Positions 1-12,770 of a stretch of DNA of 64,000 nt are shown piece after piece. The notes beneath the pieces were generated by a model, which was not told where the DNA came from, did not search any database, and saw nothing but the letters and a program-made list of their open reading frames with translations. Location of the stretch: contig NC_068984.1 in NCBI RefSeq assembly GCF_001194135.2, positions 34,124,640 to 34,188,639 on the forward strand, given 5' to 3'. Position numbers and translations under genes: made by a program. Each line of letters opens with the position of its first letter. Position 1 is the stretch's first letter. The DNA comes from Octopus bimaculoides (lineage: Eukaryota).

Positions 1-5
1 ATATA

Positions 6-48
<43 letters not shown>

Positions 49-693
49 CTATATGTATATATGTATGTATGTATATATGAAACTTTGCTACATTTACATT
101 TCATTCCAAGCATACCTGGATAGAATGAAAATTCGGTGGGTGGGCTAAGAAAAAAAAAAAAAAAACATCTGTATATTTTTAATACCATTTATTTGATGAT
201 TATGGATATAATCTTAACAACAAGAAAATGAACAAATGTCTTAGAAATATTTCAACTTTATTATTGATCTGTTAAACAACATATTGGTTTGTTGTTGCTT
301 TTTGTTTCATGAGTTATATAATATATATATGTGGGTGTGTTGTGTGTGATGCAGATTAGTAGAAATGTTAATTTACATATTTTTAATTCTTATTTAAAAG
401 CTAGTTTTATGATATAACTTGCTTCTTATTTACCATGCTATACATTCTCTTCAACGATATATATTTTTATAATGGTACCCATGCATATCTATGTGTATGT
501 GTGTGTATTTACGGATTAGCGGTATAAAATATATCAAAAACAATAAACGTTGGACTCAATATATCTGTTAGGTCTAATTATTATAAGTTTTGTTGACAGT
601 CATTTTGAAATTTTATCTGCGGTGGTTTATTCAAGATTGGTTTGAATAATTCACTGCAAGTGAAACCTTGATATTATTATCAACAAAATTATG

Positions 694-740
<47 letters not shown>

Positions 741-1528
741 ATACAGATATGTGTGTATGTATGTATGTGTACACACACAACATCTAAGATTATGTGCTGT
801 GTGTTTCTGTGTGTATCTTTATGCATGTATGTGCCTGCATGCTCACATGCATATATGTATTTATGTATATATAAACACACATACGCCTAAATTAGCCTCG
901 CAAATTTTTCTTCAAATGCCATTTTATTCTTATGTTGCTAGATGCTCCATTGCACCTCGTAAGTGAGCCACATATCATAGATTCTGCTTCCTCACTTATT
1001 CACCAATGCACTTCGATTTTGAAGGGCAAATACAAAATAGGTAGGCATGATATTTTAAGGCTGATTACCTCCCCTCGAATAAAAAATAAAGAAAACGCCA
1101 AAGAAAAGAATTTAGCTGAAGGCATTATCAAGTTATATGTATACACACTGTACACGTACATTCATGAGTGCCACATACTATTATCCCAAAGAGCAAATTG
1201 CTGAATCCTCAAAATGTCTCAGTATCTTGGTTTTATACAAATGTATTTATTTTCTGGATGGTGTGAATTGTGTGTGTGTGTGTGTGTGTGCGTGTGCATG
1301 CATGTGTGTGCATGTGTATGTAATAAAAGTAATATGCAAGCACCTATTTTGCATTGTATATCCTGATCTCCGAAACTTCATACTATGTTTATCACATAGG
1401 TTCTGTCAAAGCTCTGACTTATTTAACTCTCAGCTAATCATTTATTGAGCACTTTTGTGGCATTATGTCTTGTGTTTAGTTTTGGGCATATGTATGAATA
1501 CTACCTGTCTACCTGCATGTATGCTTTC

Positions 1529-1567
<39 letters not shown>

Positions 1568-2649
1568 ATCTACATATATAATGCGGTTTATTTATATCAA
1601 TGTGCTGATATAATAAATAATTGATTCTGTTTACATATATATGCAATCTATATCTAGGTATCTATATATATATTTATTTATCTAACTTTACACACATGCA
1701 TATACACCTGTAATGTTAGTTACCACACATTTATATAAATATATATTTGTGTGTGCATTAATGGGGGTGTTTGTCCATGTTATATATATATGCGTGTGTG
1801 TATGTGTGCTTGCATGTGTGTGTATGTTTATGTATGTATATGTATGTACAGTTTCCTGTCTTCATATATGGTTTAAATAGATTGAAAAAAATTAAGCCTA
1901 TAGATGTGTGTATTTGTGTATGTATACACACACAAACAAACACCCATAAATGTATGTTCACATGCAAAAACTTTACATTTGCTAGAGTTTTGTAAATTAA
2001 TTCATTTTTTACATGCATACATATGTTTGAATCTAACATAGTTATTTCAACTTGTATGTTCTTGACACTTCTGGAATGGCAGCATATGGAAACACAAACG
2101 ATATGTCTGTACAGGTATATATGATGTTGTACATGCATTTTTAAGTTTTATAAGCTATTGTGGCCATGCTCAAAATCATTGTGTCACACACAACACACGT
2201 ATGCCTAACAATATACATATACTTTCATGCGCACACACACACCAGCATATACATGTATTAAAAGAAATTTCTCATACTTAGTTTCAAGTAATATTTTGAG
2301 AACTTTTTCAAGACTCCCTCTTCTGCCAAAAGAAATCAAACCATAAAAGAAAAAATATGAAAGAAAACATAAAAGAAATTGGTTTTGTTTCTTTCTCAAA
2401 ATTTGGTACATTTTTTTGTCTTTCTTCTTGAAACTATTGTTGTTATTTCATCTGTTATACAATTTCTGCTGTCCTGTTTTCTGATTTTTTTTTAGAATTT
2501 ATGCTATATTTTTTCATATGTATACATTTTCTCCTTTCTTTTTCTTCATATTTTTGTTTGTTTTGTAATCTCAAACCTTTGATTTTTCACTGGATTCAAG
2601 TGGAAGACTCTCAAGCTTTAGTTAAAATCACGCCGGTTTTTAAAAAATT
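1..2649 (-). other. Probable 3' UTR / downstream region of the Ig gene (end not definable)
   Basis: Follows the stop codon; AT-rich with (TA)n/(CA)n tracts. Several minus-strand AATAAA motifs occur, none distinguishable as the real signal. Confidence 0.35.
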
Positions 2650-2762
2650 TTATATGCAACAAACTTGCGAAATGGCGAGAAGAAGAGAGAAGCAGGAAAA
2701 AAGTAAATCGGTAATTGGTTTCTTGCATCCAGATCCAAAAGCTGCTGAGGATTCTGATTGGC
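2650..2762 (-). CDS. Terminal coding exon with a GPI-anchor-like signal
   Basis: Phase-1 acceptor tttatgtatttacag|GC CAA TCA, compatible with both upstream donors. Encodes (G)QSESSAAFGSGCKKPITDLLFSCFSLLLAISQVCCI then TAA at 2652-2650: small residues, a polar spacer and a hydrophobic C-terminus, as in GPI-anchored IgLON/lachesin proteins. Confidence 0.75.
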
Positions 2763-3276
2763 CTGTAAATACATAAATGAGAAAAATATTATGTAAAAAA
2801 AAATCAATAAATAAGAGAGAAAGAAAGGAAGTAATACGTGTTAATTTACATGGCACTTTATTCCCACACTCATATATGAAAATTATTAATATAATGCAAA
2901 AGAAATTATTGTCAAAGTTATCTGATGTTAGGGTAGGACTGCTCAGCCTGTAGTAGCTAATAAATAATCAGGTAAAATTTATTCATAAGAAAATTTGAAA
3001 TGTAACCTTTAGAATTAACAAGGTAACATTGTTGCTAGTTAATTTATACATATTTACAAAATCAAGCTGCAAAATTAAAATCCTCTTTTTGTTCCACGAC
3101 TTGTATTTTATAATTAAAAATGGAAACATTTTCATTTATTTTATTGGAAAAAGTCTACTGCTAGCAAAAGCATTCTCCCTTAAGGCAATATCAACTTCAA
3201 TGTTTGCAAGCTGTCTAGATCTTGTATAAATTATAAATTATAATCTTGTGAGGTTTTATTATTGTCATTATCATTT

Positions 3277-3920
3277 AAGGCAGTGAGTTGGCAGAATCAT
3301 TAGCACACCCAGCAAAATGCTTAGCAGCATTTTGTTTTCTTTACATCCTGAGTTCAAATTCCATCAAGGTCAACTTTACTTTCACCCTTTCAGGGTCAGT
3401 AAAAGAAGTACTAGTTGATCACTGAGGTCGATGTAATCGCTTTATCCTCTTTCCCAAAACCTGCTGGCCTTGTGCCAAAACTTGAAAATATAATCATTAT
3501 GATCATTAAGGTGGTGAGCTTCAGAAATATTATTGCACCAGACAAAATTCTGGCAGGTTGACTACCTTTTCTTCATTCAGGATAGATGAAATAAGAACCA
3601 GTTGGACACTAGGGTCGATGTACTTAATTAGCAAAGCCTTCCTTGAAATTTCAGGCCTTGTGCCTATAGTAGAAAGACTCACCATAATTATTATTAAGGT
3701 CATGAGCTGGCAGAATAGGTGGCACATTGGATGAAATGCATAGCAACATTTCTTCTGGTGCCTTACTTTCTTAGTTCAAATCTTACTGTGGTCAGCTTTA
3801 CCTTTCTCCCTTTCAGGGTTGATAAAGTAAAGTACCAGTCAAGTTCTGGGTTCAATGTTATAAACTAACCCTCTCTCCTTAAATGTTGCTTACCTCATGA
3901 TAGAATTAGAAAGAATTATC
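3277..3920 (+). mobile_element. Three head-to-tail copies of SINE family C (tRNA-like head, Nin/Deu-like core motif)
   Basis: Units start near 3277, 3508 and 3696 with aagg(c/t)xgtgagctggcagaa. All share the ctttcaxcctttcagggtxgataaa..aagtaccagt motif; units 1 and 3 keep the B-box-like gagttcaaat. Confidence 0.75.
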
Positions 3921-4917
3921 ATTTAATTACCATTACCATTTTATTATTATTATCATTTTATTCATTTGGTATGCTAAGAAAGTAGAATTAATAGCTTTTA
4001 CCCAGAGGTAGAATATAAATTATGTGCACTGAAATACAAAGACACTGAAATATAGAACCAGATTAACTCAACCATTATGTATTTTAGCATATAAAATAAT
4101 GGTTTTGCAATCAAGCATAAATCTATTTTGCCATGCATTTCAATTTAAGTCATTTAGTCAAATAAATCATACAATTACTGGCTATAGGTAATAATTTTGC
4201 AACTCAATGGCAAAAAGGCTAAGTATGTTATTGTTTGAGACATTTCCACATAAAAATAATGAAATGTAAAATTGATATGAATTAACTGCTAAGATTTTCA
4301 ATGTAATTTGTGTCAGAAATGAAGTGAATGAGATTGTTTGTCTTTTCTGGCCTAAATTGCTGCTTATAATATCTATTATCACTTGATGTGGTACTATTTA
4401 TTTAGAAGTAAGTATTTATATATATGTTCAAGATTTTCTATATAACAATTGTTGAGGATAAATTAAATTGACAAGAAAATTGCAGGTACACATCTGCTTT
4501 CAAATTCTTTTGAGCTATACTTCACTTACCACAATTTTCCTTACCTAGCTTGATGAAATAAATACTATTGATTTTATTTGATTATTTCTATAATTTGGTA
4601 GGCTGTCTCTATAGTTCACAGACCCTCTCTGAAGTCACTAATCTTGCTGCTATAAATAACAGTCAAATCTACCTGAAGTCATAATCTGTTTGTATTAACA
4701 AAGAAAAGGACACGCTGCACAATATACTTCCTGACATACAAACTGATGGAATGATGATTCCAACAAACTGTTAATCACAGGCCTGCCTCATCAGTGCTGA
4801 TATCAGGCTAAGAAACTACAGCAATTAGTTATATATATAATAAAAATCTGTGAAATCATTGACATTATTTTTATTTGGATGGAAAACAATAATCTTAATT
4901 TGAAATGTAAGTACTTC

Positions 4918-5830
4918 AGCACAGGTTTAGCTGTGTGCTTGAGAAGCTTGCTTCCCAACTGTGTGAATTTAGGTTTAACCCCACTGTGTGGCTCCTTGGG
5001 CAAGTGTCTTCTACCATGGCCCAGGCCAAGCAAAGCCTTGTTAATGGATTTGGTAGAAAGGAACTGAAAGAAGGTTCTTGTGTTATGTGTGTTTATGCTT
5101 GTGTTGTCCACCACTGCTTGACAACTGGTGTTTGTTTATGTCCTCATTACTTATCAGTTTGACAAAATTGACCAACAGAATAAGTACCAAGCTTAAATAT
5201 AGATACATTAATGCCTCAATATATGAGTTAATTGGTTTCCAGAGTTCGCTTGTAGAGTGAAAACTCATAAAGCAGAGCAATAATTTCCCATAGTTATCTT
5301 ATAAATCGTAATTTGTTCTCAGAAAAATATTATTTTACCCATAGAATTTATAATACTCATGAATTAATGGCAATAAAACAACAGTAGAATGTGAAGAATA
5401 ATTTATGTAAAGTAAAAAGGATGTCGAGATAATTTATAACAAAAAAATATTTTTATAATCATTTTCTGAATCACTTTCACTTGCACTAGACTTATGCATA
5501 CCATTACTTGTAGATGTAATTGCTGATTCACAAGCTCTCATAGACAGACTTGTAGATTTCTTTTTAAAAAACAAGTAGAGAGTTGTTTGCTTAGAAGAAG
5601 CTTTTTCTCTCTCTCTATAAATTTCTTGGTAATATGCAGAAGCATTTGTTATGGTAGTAGGAACTTTCACATCATTCTGAATTTGGATCTTGTGCTCGAA
5701 AAATAAAACTCGTAAACTCGGAGTCTCATAAAGTGAAGTATTACTGTACTGGGATTGATATGTTCTACTAAACCCTTTAAGGCAGTGCCTCAGCATGGCT
5801 GCATTCCAATGAATGAAACAAGTAAAACAT
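4918..5830 (+). mobile_element. SINE family A copy interrupted by a Tigger-like DNA element
   Basis: Head gctgtgtg..gaagcttgcttcccaac and core cttgggcaagtgtcttcta. The body stops at aagcttaaatatagaTA (5205) and resumes TActgggattgat..aaggcagtgcctcagcatggc..gaaacaagtaaaa after 5747. Confidence 0.8.
5206..5746 (-). mobile_element. Non-autonomous Tigger/pogo-like DNA transposon (541 bp) carrying a transposase C-terminal remnant
   Basis: Terminal inverted repeats CATTAATGCCTCAATATATGAG / CAGTAATACTTCACTTTATGAG (17/22), with TA on both flanks (5204-5205, 5747-5748). Minus-strand frame ...TITNASAYYQEIYREREKASSKQTTLYLFFKKK resembles Tigger transposase C-termini. Confidence 0.75.
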
Positions 5831-6499
5831 ATAAGTTTTGGGAACCAGACAATCGTAAAGTGTATGGCTCAAAGTACCTAAATTACCACATGGAAGTTTC
5901 AGTAAGACCAATTTTACAAAGTGAATAATACCAAATTATATCTTTCTCAGTTCTTTTCTTTCGGTTTCAACGTTGTATACAAACACGGCAATATTAAGAT
6001 TCCTATATACAAAAGATAGAAGTAGCTCTGCAAAAAACATGGGCAGTGGTCCAAATAGTCTAATATTGTTTTATCTAAGAGAGTTTTCTAGTGAAGCTAG
6101 TTCACCAAATATGTAAAGTATTGCAATTGGTAGACAAATTTAACTGGAAAATTGAATAAGTCGTCATTAACTGCACAGTTATTATATTTGTTAATAATTT
6201 ATTCACAGGTGTAGGGACAGGGCTTATGTTCTCTGCAAGCCTTTTCATTGACACTTATCAGTTGGTGGAAATGTAGAAATACATGAAGGATGTTTTTGGT
6301 GAAATATTCTTACCACCCATTTGCTGTGGGCTTTGCTGCAAGCAATTAGTTGGATATACAAGCTGTCTACCTGCCAAATGAAAAATGGGTCAAAAAGCAA
6401 ATATGCTACCCTCAAACTGTTGTCTATATCCAACTTTAATTGTTGTGGGGATTATATGAACACCAGATTCTGTAACATATTTAAGAAGAAACAAGGCTG

Positions 6500-7650
6500 A
6501 ATGTTCTGCAGTGCTGTTTGGCAAGAGAATTACTTCAGACTGTCAGGTGAAAATAAGTAGGTAGATAAATTCACTGCAGAGAGGTAGCTGGCCAACTAGA
6601 TCCTCTAGATTATTGAAGCAGCATCAGAGGTTCTCTTTTGCTTGTTTTGGGATTATCTTGTGTGTCTGAAATTTTATTTTGTTGATAACGCAAACAATTC
6701 ATTCCAATCTAAATGAAGCTGTCAGTAATATATAAGTTCCATAAACACCAGAATGCAATAATCTGAGTAAAGTAGGTGAATTTCTGGTGGTACACTGTTT
6801 CAGGTGTTAGTGAATGCTATTGAATGCATCACATTTTATGGTATTGTTTTAGTGTGTTAGGTGGAGGGATTTTTTGAATGTTGAGTTTGATTTGTCAGTT
6901 TAGTTAATGGTCACTTTGCTGTTAATTTAATGAAATCCATTGCTAACTTTGGAATTATAATATTAACCAAGGTACAAAACATAGCAACAGTAACTATTTT
7001 CTTTATTCTTTCAACATGCCAGGTTCCAACACTGAACAAAGTTTAAGTGATAGGTTTCACATGGAAAATGTTTGTAGGAACTAGAAGATAATGCTTAAAT
7101 TATAAGTTTATAATCTTCAGAATGTACTACACTATCACTTTTTACATGTAACAAACATTTTGTAAGGCAGTGTAAATTGCTAATGTGTCTAAGTTTTGTA
7201 TTGAAGGAAGTACTGAAAATATTAGATTTGGTATTGGTAAAATTAAGATTCTTTGAAATAAAAGACAATGGAAGAGAAGCGTCATTAACTTTTTATCAAA
7301 AGTTGATATCAGCACTTCAGATTGATTAGGTCATTATGGAAAGTTCAGCTATTGGAGTGTTCAAGTAATGTATCTAATACTAACTGTGATTTCAGCAAGT
7401 GAAAGGTTGTAAGAGTTGAAAATGGTAAATTTAATTGTAAGCTTGCCAATTTTAGCAATTCTGTTAAAAGAAACATTTCTTTGGCATAGTTAGAGATAAA
7501 ATGGTATTATTATTTTACCATGTCAGTAATTCTATGTTATTGTCTTTTGGATGGCAATATTCTTTAATGGTGGGCACTTTGGCAGGAAGTGATGAAATTC
7601 TATAATAGCCACAAGATATCTGAGGAATGTGAGAGATGAAATGCCAATAA
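6500..7650 (-). mobile_element. Highly decayed retroelement coding remnant, possibly Penelope-like RT
   Basis: Only scattered broken minus-strand motifs (ELLKL.., LAEI) with many stops and frameshifts; weak. Confidence 0.25.
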
Positions 7651-8414
7651 CACATTCTAATAGTTTGAAAACTGGCACAAAATCTCAGAGATTTTTGTTT
7701 TCTTGCTATTGTTAGCTACCAAAGGATCATCAATATATATACATATTAGAATATAGACAACAAAAGACCTGATCAATGAATTTTGAAAAGTTTGCTGCCC
7801 ATCAATTAATTTGAGTGAAACTCAGAAAAACTCAAACAAATCAAACAGAAAAGACAGCTTTCTCTATGTCCTGTTCAACAAAAGTTTCACAAGACTGAAT
7901 TTTCTAGATAAAACTTTTTCTGTACTGAGACACTGAGAAGTTGTTGAGCTGTTGACTTACTGAATGATGTTGTTGCTGTTGTTGATAAACCTTAAGAGAG
8001 TCTTAAACAAGCAGAACTGTTTTTTTGCTTGTTCAAGTCATTAGACAAGATGAGATAACAAAACCAAGACCGTGAAGCAAGACATTTATAAGGAAAAATA
8101 GGTGTATCCTTAAGAGAGATGCCAAGGAATTGTTTATCCATTATGAAAGCGTTACCTGTAATAAGTGCTTGTATTAGTGAGGAAGTGAGGGTATGAGAGG
8201 TATTAGTACTTAGAAGACCCAAAGAGTGGCAGGTAGCACTAAGTAAGTGCTATGAGCCGACCGTAGTTAAACTCTTGGTTCGATAATGATAGATATGTAT
8301 ATATATATATATATATTGTTGTATTTGGGGATGCCAGTTTAGCCAAATACAACAATATCTGCTTCAACACACGATTTCACATCAAGGATCTTGCAAAACA
8401 AATATATATATATA

Positions 8415-8566
8415 CGATGGGCTTGTTTCAATTTCTATCTTCTAGATCTACTTATGAGGCTTTGGTCAGCCCAAAACTATAGTGGAAGACACTTGCCTAA
8501 GGTATTATGCAGTGGGACTTAATGCACAACCATGTAGTCAGGAAGCAAGTTTCATACTACACAACC
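8415..8566 (-). mobile_element. SINE family A, 5' half
   Basis: Reverse complement of the family A head/core: gctttggtcagcccaaaactatagtggaagacacttgcctaagg... Confidence 0.75.
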
Positions 8567-8710
8567 AAACATACATGTGTAAATACACACACACACGTGT
8601 AAAGCAGCTCAGATGTATTGTTATTCAACCCAAGCTTAGTCCTGTCTGAACAGACCTAGGGTTAAAGACTTGTAAGATTTTCGAGCAGTGACTTTCCTCA
8701 TACGTGTGTA

Positions 8711-8746
<36 letters not shown>

Positions 8747-8884
8747 TGTATGTATGTGTGTATGTGTGTATGGATGCATGTATGTATGTATGCATGCATG
8801 CATGTATGCATGTATGGATGGATGTATGTATGGATGCATGCATGCATGCATGTTTGTATGACTGTATGTATGTTATTCAACATT

Positions 8885-9255
8885 ATTATTAGATTTCTTG
8901 CCATTAGAGAAAGAGCTGGCTTCTAACCTGAATTCAAGGCCTCTTTATTGGAATATTAAAGAATATCAAGGTATTTGTGCATATGTGTGTGTATATATTT
9001 GGAGTCAATGCATGTTCAGACTTGTATGTTTAGTTTTAAATATGCATTCTGCATATAGCTGCATGTTTGGACATGTGCATATGTACTTAAATGCTAAACT
9101 TTTTGGAAAATCTTACAAATTTTGACTGTTCCATTCATGGTTTATAACTGTAATCTTCTAATTAGCTTTGTCTTTTCTGGCTTTGAGAAGATTTGTGCTT
9201 AAGCAGTTTGTTACATGTCTCAGTGTTCCCAAAATTTCAGTTATAAATGTGAACT
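8885..9255 (-). mobile_element. Decayed 3' end of an R4/Dong-like non-LTR retrotransposon
   Basis: Inverted homolog of 13560-13990. Minus-strand remnants include TVKICKIFQK and the same 3' region (ttcttgccaxtagagaaagaxctgg). Confidence 0.65.
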
Positions 9256-9683
9256 TGTAATCTGATTGGGGAGAGTCATTTTTTTTTGTGCCTTATAATT
9301 TAACACATTCACCGGTAAAATTTCTACTTATTTCTTATTTTTATTTTCCTAAAATTTTCGTTGCATCTCGCAACCTTTTCAATAGTCAAGACTATTGAAA
9401 AGGTTGCGAGAATGTTGTAACCAGGTCAAGGCTCTTTTTCGTCTCATGCATATTCTTTGCATATAGTTTCAAGTCATCCACAAAGAAACAGTAATTTTGT
9501 TATTTCTGTTTCCTTGTGAACCGGTAAGATATCCTTCAGACTTCCTTAATCTGAATGACAAGGTGTTTACAGAAAGTATTAATAACATAGCACAGAGGCT
9601 GTCCCTTTAGAATATGTTTCTGCAATACTGGAAGGTAACATATTATGATACCAATTGCTTGAATAATTGAAGTAGAGTATTAC

Positions 9684-9833
9684 CTTGTCCTCCACCTGGT
9701 AGCCAAACTTCATTCATGGGCGTAGTGACTCTATTTCGTGGTGGTGTTTGATTACTGTGTGATAGCAATGGAGGATTGCCACCATTTTGTTTATCTGGTT
9801 TACTAGGTGGTCTGATTCTGTTGCCATTATGCT
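9684..9833 (-). CDS. Internal coding exon: Pro/Asn/Gly-rich stalk of the same gene
   Basis: Acceptor ttctattttcag|AG CAT AAT and donor GGA CAA G|GTAATA; 150 nt, phase 1-1. Joining to the Ig exon gives ...MILY-E-HNGNRIRPPSKPDKQNGGNPPLLSHSNQTPPRNRVTTPMNEVWLPGGGQ with no stop. It is unique, complex sequence within repeat-rich DNA. Confidence 0.72.
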
Positions 9834-12369
9834 CTGAAAATAGAAAATAATAATAATAATAATAATAATACACAATCAGCCGAAACGTGTTAACAACAAA
9901 CAAGATGAGGTCAAATATCTGTCAAATGTAAATAATGTAAATAATGCACATAATTCCTTATCTCTTAAATATAGAACTGCGTTATTTGAGAATGTATTAC
10001 ATGCAATGTGATTGGACCTTCAATCCAATTCCCAGACAGTACTCAAGCAATCACAACACTGGACTCAACAAATGTCCAGACACTCACATGATAGGTATGT
10101 TGACCTATCACTACAGATTAACATACTGAGCTTATATAAACCTAATGTCTTCAATATGCCACAATAGAAATCAGTCTCACAACAAACTTATTACACAAAA
10201 AGTATTAAAAATTACATGTGCAAAACTCTTTAACACCAGAAATGAACAGACAAGTACCCTACGAAAATGATGACCATCAAAATAAAGGACTGGATATTAT
10301 TCTTCATGTCCTGCAAAATCAAAAAAGTGTATAAATGGACATGAGAGGAATATATTTCTATCCTATACTCATCTCTCACTCCAGTGCTCTACCCACAGAA
10401 TAAAAACACAACACATACATGTAGGAGATCATTTTCTGAAAGAAAAATTACTTAGATTCGGATATATTGATGACCCTAACAAACAAGCCAACATAAGAAG
10501 ATACATTTTCAAAACAAAAAAAGAATCAGAAATTGAAATAGAGCACTTAAAAGAAAAAATACATCAATACAAATAGTGACCATGCAAGAATGCCAAATAA
10601 TAACATAAGTATAAAGATAGACATAACATGTGCAACAAAAGCAAAGTGAGTAATGAAGCACAACAAACCCAAACTGTAGGAATGCTTAATGATGAGCAAA
10701 ATGCACCAAACCAGAGCACCACAGACAAAAACATAAGCAGGAAGGAATGCAGAACAAGCCTAAAATCTGGAAACAGTGAAGGCAGAAACCATGATTATGG
10801 TACTCTAACAATGAATATAATGAAGGAATTAAAAGCCAGAGATCTTAGTATGGACTGCCAATTGTACCTCCCAAAAATTAAAGTTGATAATAAGACAGCA
10901 ACAATAATATATATAATACAAATCAGGCTGTCACAGAACTAATAGAAACAAAAACAAATGTTAATACGACCTGGTTAACTGAAATAATATATGCAGTAGC
11001 ATTTGTGGCCACAAAAGAATTTCAGCTGGTAACTAGATTTGAACTCAGAATGTAAAATGACATGACTAAACAGCACATGGAATTTGGTGCCACACTTTAT
11101 CAATTCAACCATAATAATAGCAATGAAAAGAAACAAAAATGATTGACGTATTTGAAGATAAGTGTTTGTTGATTGACAAAAGTGGTATTGTAGGGTGTGT
11201 GTTGATGCTGTTCATGCTAAGTAGCTGTGGTGGTGTTGGCTAGTAGTGGGTGTAGGTGCTTGACCCCAATAATATTAGAAGAGAACTTATAGTAGAAATC
11301 CTGTTACTTCTTCAGTCTCAAGTAGCTACCCCACCATACTACTAGCTGTAGAGATCTCTTTTTGATCTACATATAGCATTCAGAATTACGTATCTGATTT
11401 GTCGGGTGTGTCCTCTCTTAGATGCTTGAAAATAATTGCTACTTGTTTTAAGCAGTGGATTGATAAGTGGAGCAAAGCAGATCTATGATCTGGAATAATA
11501 CAGACTGAATAAGCAGCAGCATATCAACAGAAGTGGAGTTTGTAAACTGTGATTGTATCTAAGTGTAATAATATTCGGAGAGTAGCTATTGAATATGAAA
11601 GACTGACAATAATGCTTTGGTATGAGTGACTGGTTTAGTGAGTGTATGGGTGTTAGTGTGTAAGTATATCTTGCATTTTTGTGTCTATGTATATATAACG
11701 TCATTGTGTGGGTTATACACATATGTGAATTTGTAGGTGTGAGAATGATTATGTTAAAAACAATTAATATGTAATATTTATATGTATTTCATATTTATAC
11801 TTCATTACATTTACTATGCATATACATAAAACAGATCATACATACTAATATGTATGTGCATATACATTGGTATGTATGTATATGCATCAATACAGAGATT
11901 GCCATGCCCAATAGCACAATTCTGTATATAATCTTTCTAATAATTACATAAAATTGAGTTAAACAAATAAATAACTGAATGTGTGTGTGTGTGCGCGCGT
12001 GTGTGTGTGTGTNNNNNNNNNNGTGTGTGTGTGTGCGCGCGTGTGTGTGTGTGTGTTTGTGTGTGTGCATGTGTGCATGTGTCTGTGTGTGTCTGTGTGT
12101 CTGTGAATACATCATTTAATATACACATTATAAAGATACAAGCTGTTAATAGTTTCCTGGGTTGGAGACGTGTCTAGGTAGGTTTTTATAGCAGTCTTTG
12201 TGTCTTCAAGGAATTTTCAGGCCCTGAGCACATAGTCTATCCTATTTGAAAAACAGGACATTAATACAACAGAAATTGTGAGGAAAAGACAGGAAGAAGG
12301 TTGAAGCAAAACGTGGATGGGTGAATTAGAAAAAAGATTAGTTACATTTCTTTTGATCATAAAAGCCAT

Positions 12370-12770
12370 AAGAAGAAGGCCAAAAGAAATTTGTCCATAT
12401 GCTTGCATTTGCTAATAGTATGGGATCTGTGATTTAGTAGTGTAGTGAAATGTATAGATCTAAAAAGAATGTGTGATCTTTCAGTTATGCATAAGTTGTA
12501 TTTCTTAGATCCATTAACATAAAGCATGAATTTCTCTATGATTCTCTACTTGATTGTATACAGCTGGAAATTGGTCTTCATACCCTATATGTGGCTAGCC
12601 AACTTAGGTGTCTTATTTTTGTTGATATGTTGGAAAGAAAATTGGTGGTGTGCACATTTTTTGAAATAATCTTCACTTAAACCAGTGTAAGTTTTCTTTT
12701 CAGTTAGATTATCATGAAGCATTGCTGTAACTTCTGCCTCATAGACAACAGAGTTTGTCATACACAACAG
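12370..12770 (-). mobile_element. Penelope-like element GIY-YIG endonuclease remnant
   Basis: Minus strand CMTNSVVYEAEVT...KKTYTGLSEDYFKKCAHHQFSFQH...KLASHI then ...YVNGSKKYNLCITERSHILF...LLNHRSHTISKCKHMDKF, matching the PLE GIY-YIG region; interrupted by stops. Confidence 0.75.

Noticed and set aside
689-2138. Numerous 60-200 aa ORFs rich in YI, CV, HT, MYV and LS dipeptides here and throughout the window
   Set aside because: They are translations of (TA)n, (CA)n, (TATG)n and (CT)n microsatellites or N-gaps, with no domain signal or splice support.
2501-2776. 91-aa plus-strand ORF overlapping the terminal exon
   Set aside because: Antisense shadow of the minus-strand exon; no recognisable motif.
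10628-10942. 104-aa ORF in an A-rich block (possible LINE ORF1 debris)
   Set aside because: No motif I can identify and no splice sites compatible with the host gene; left unclassified.
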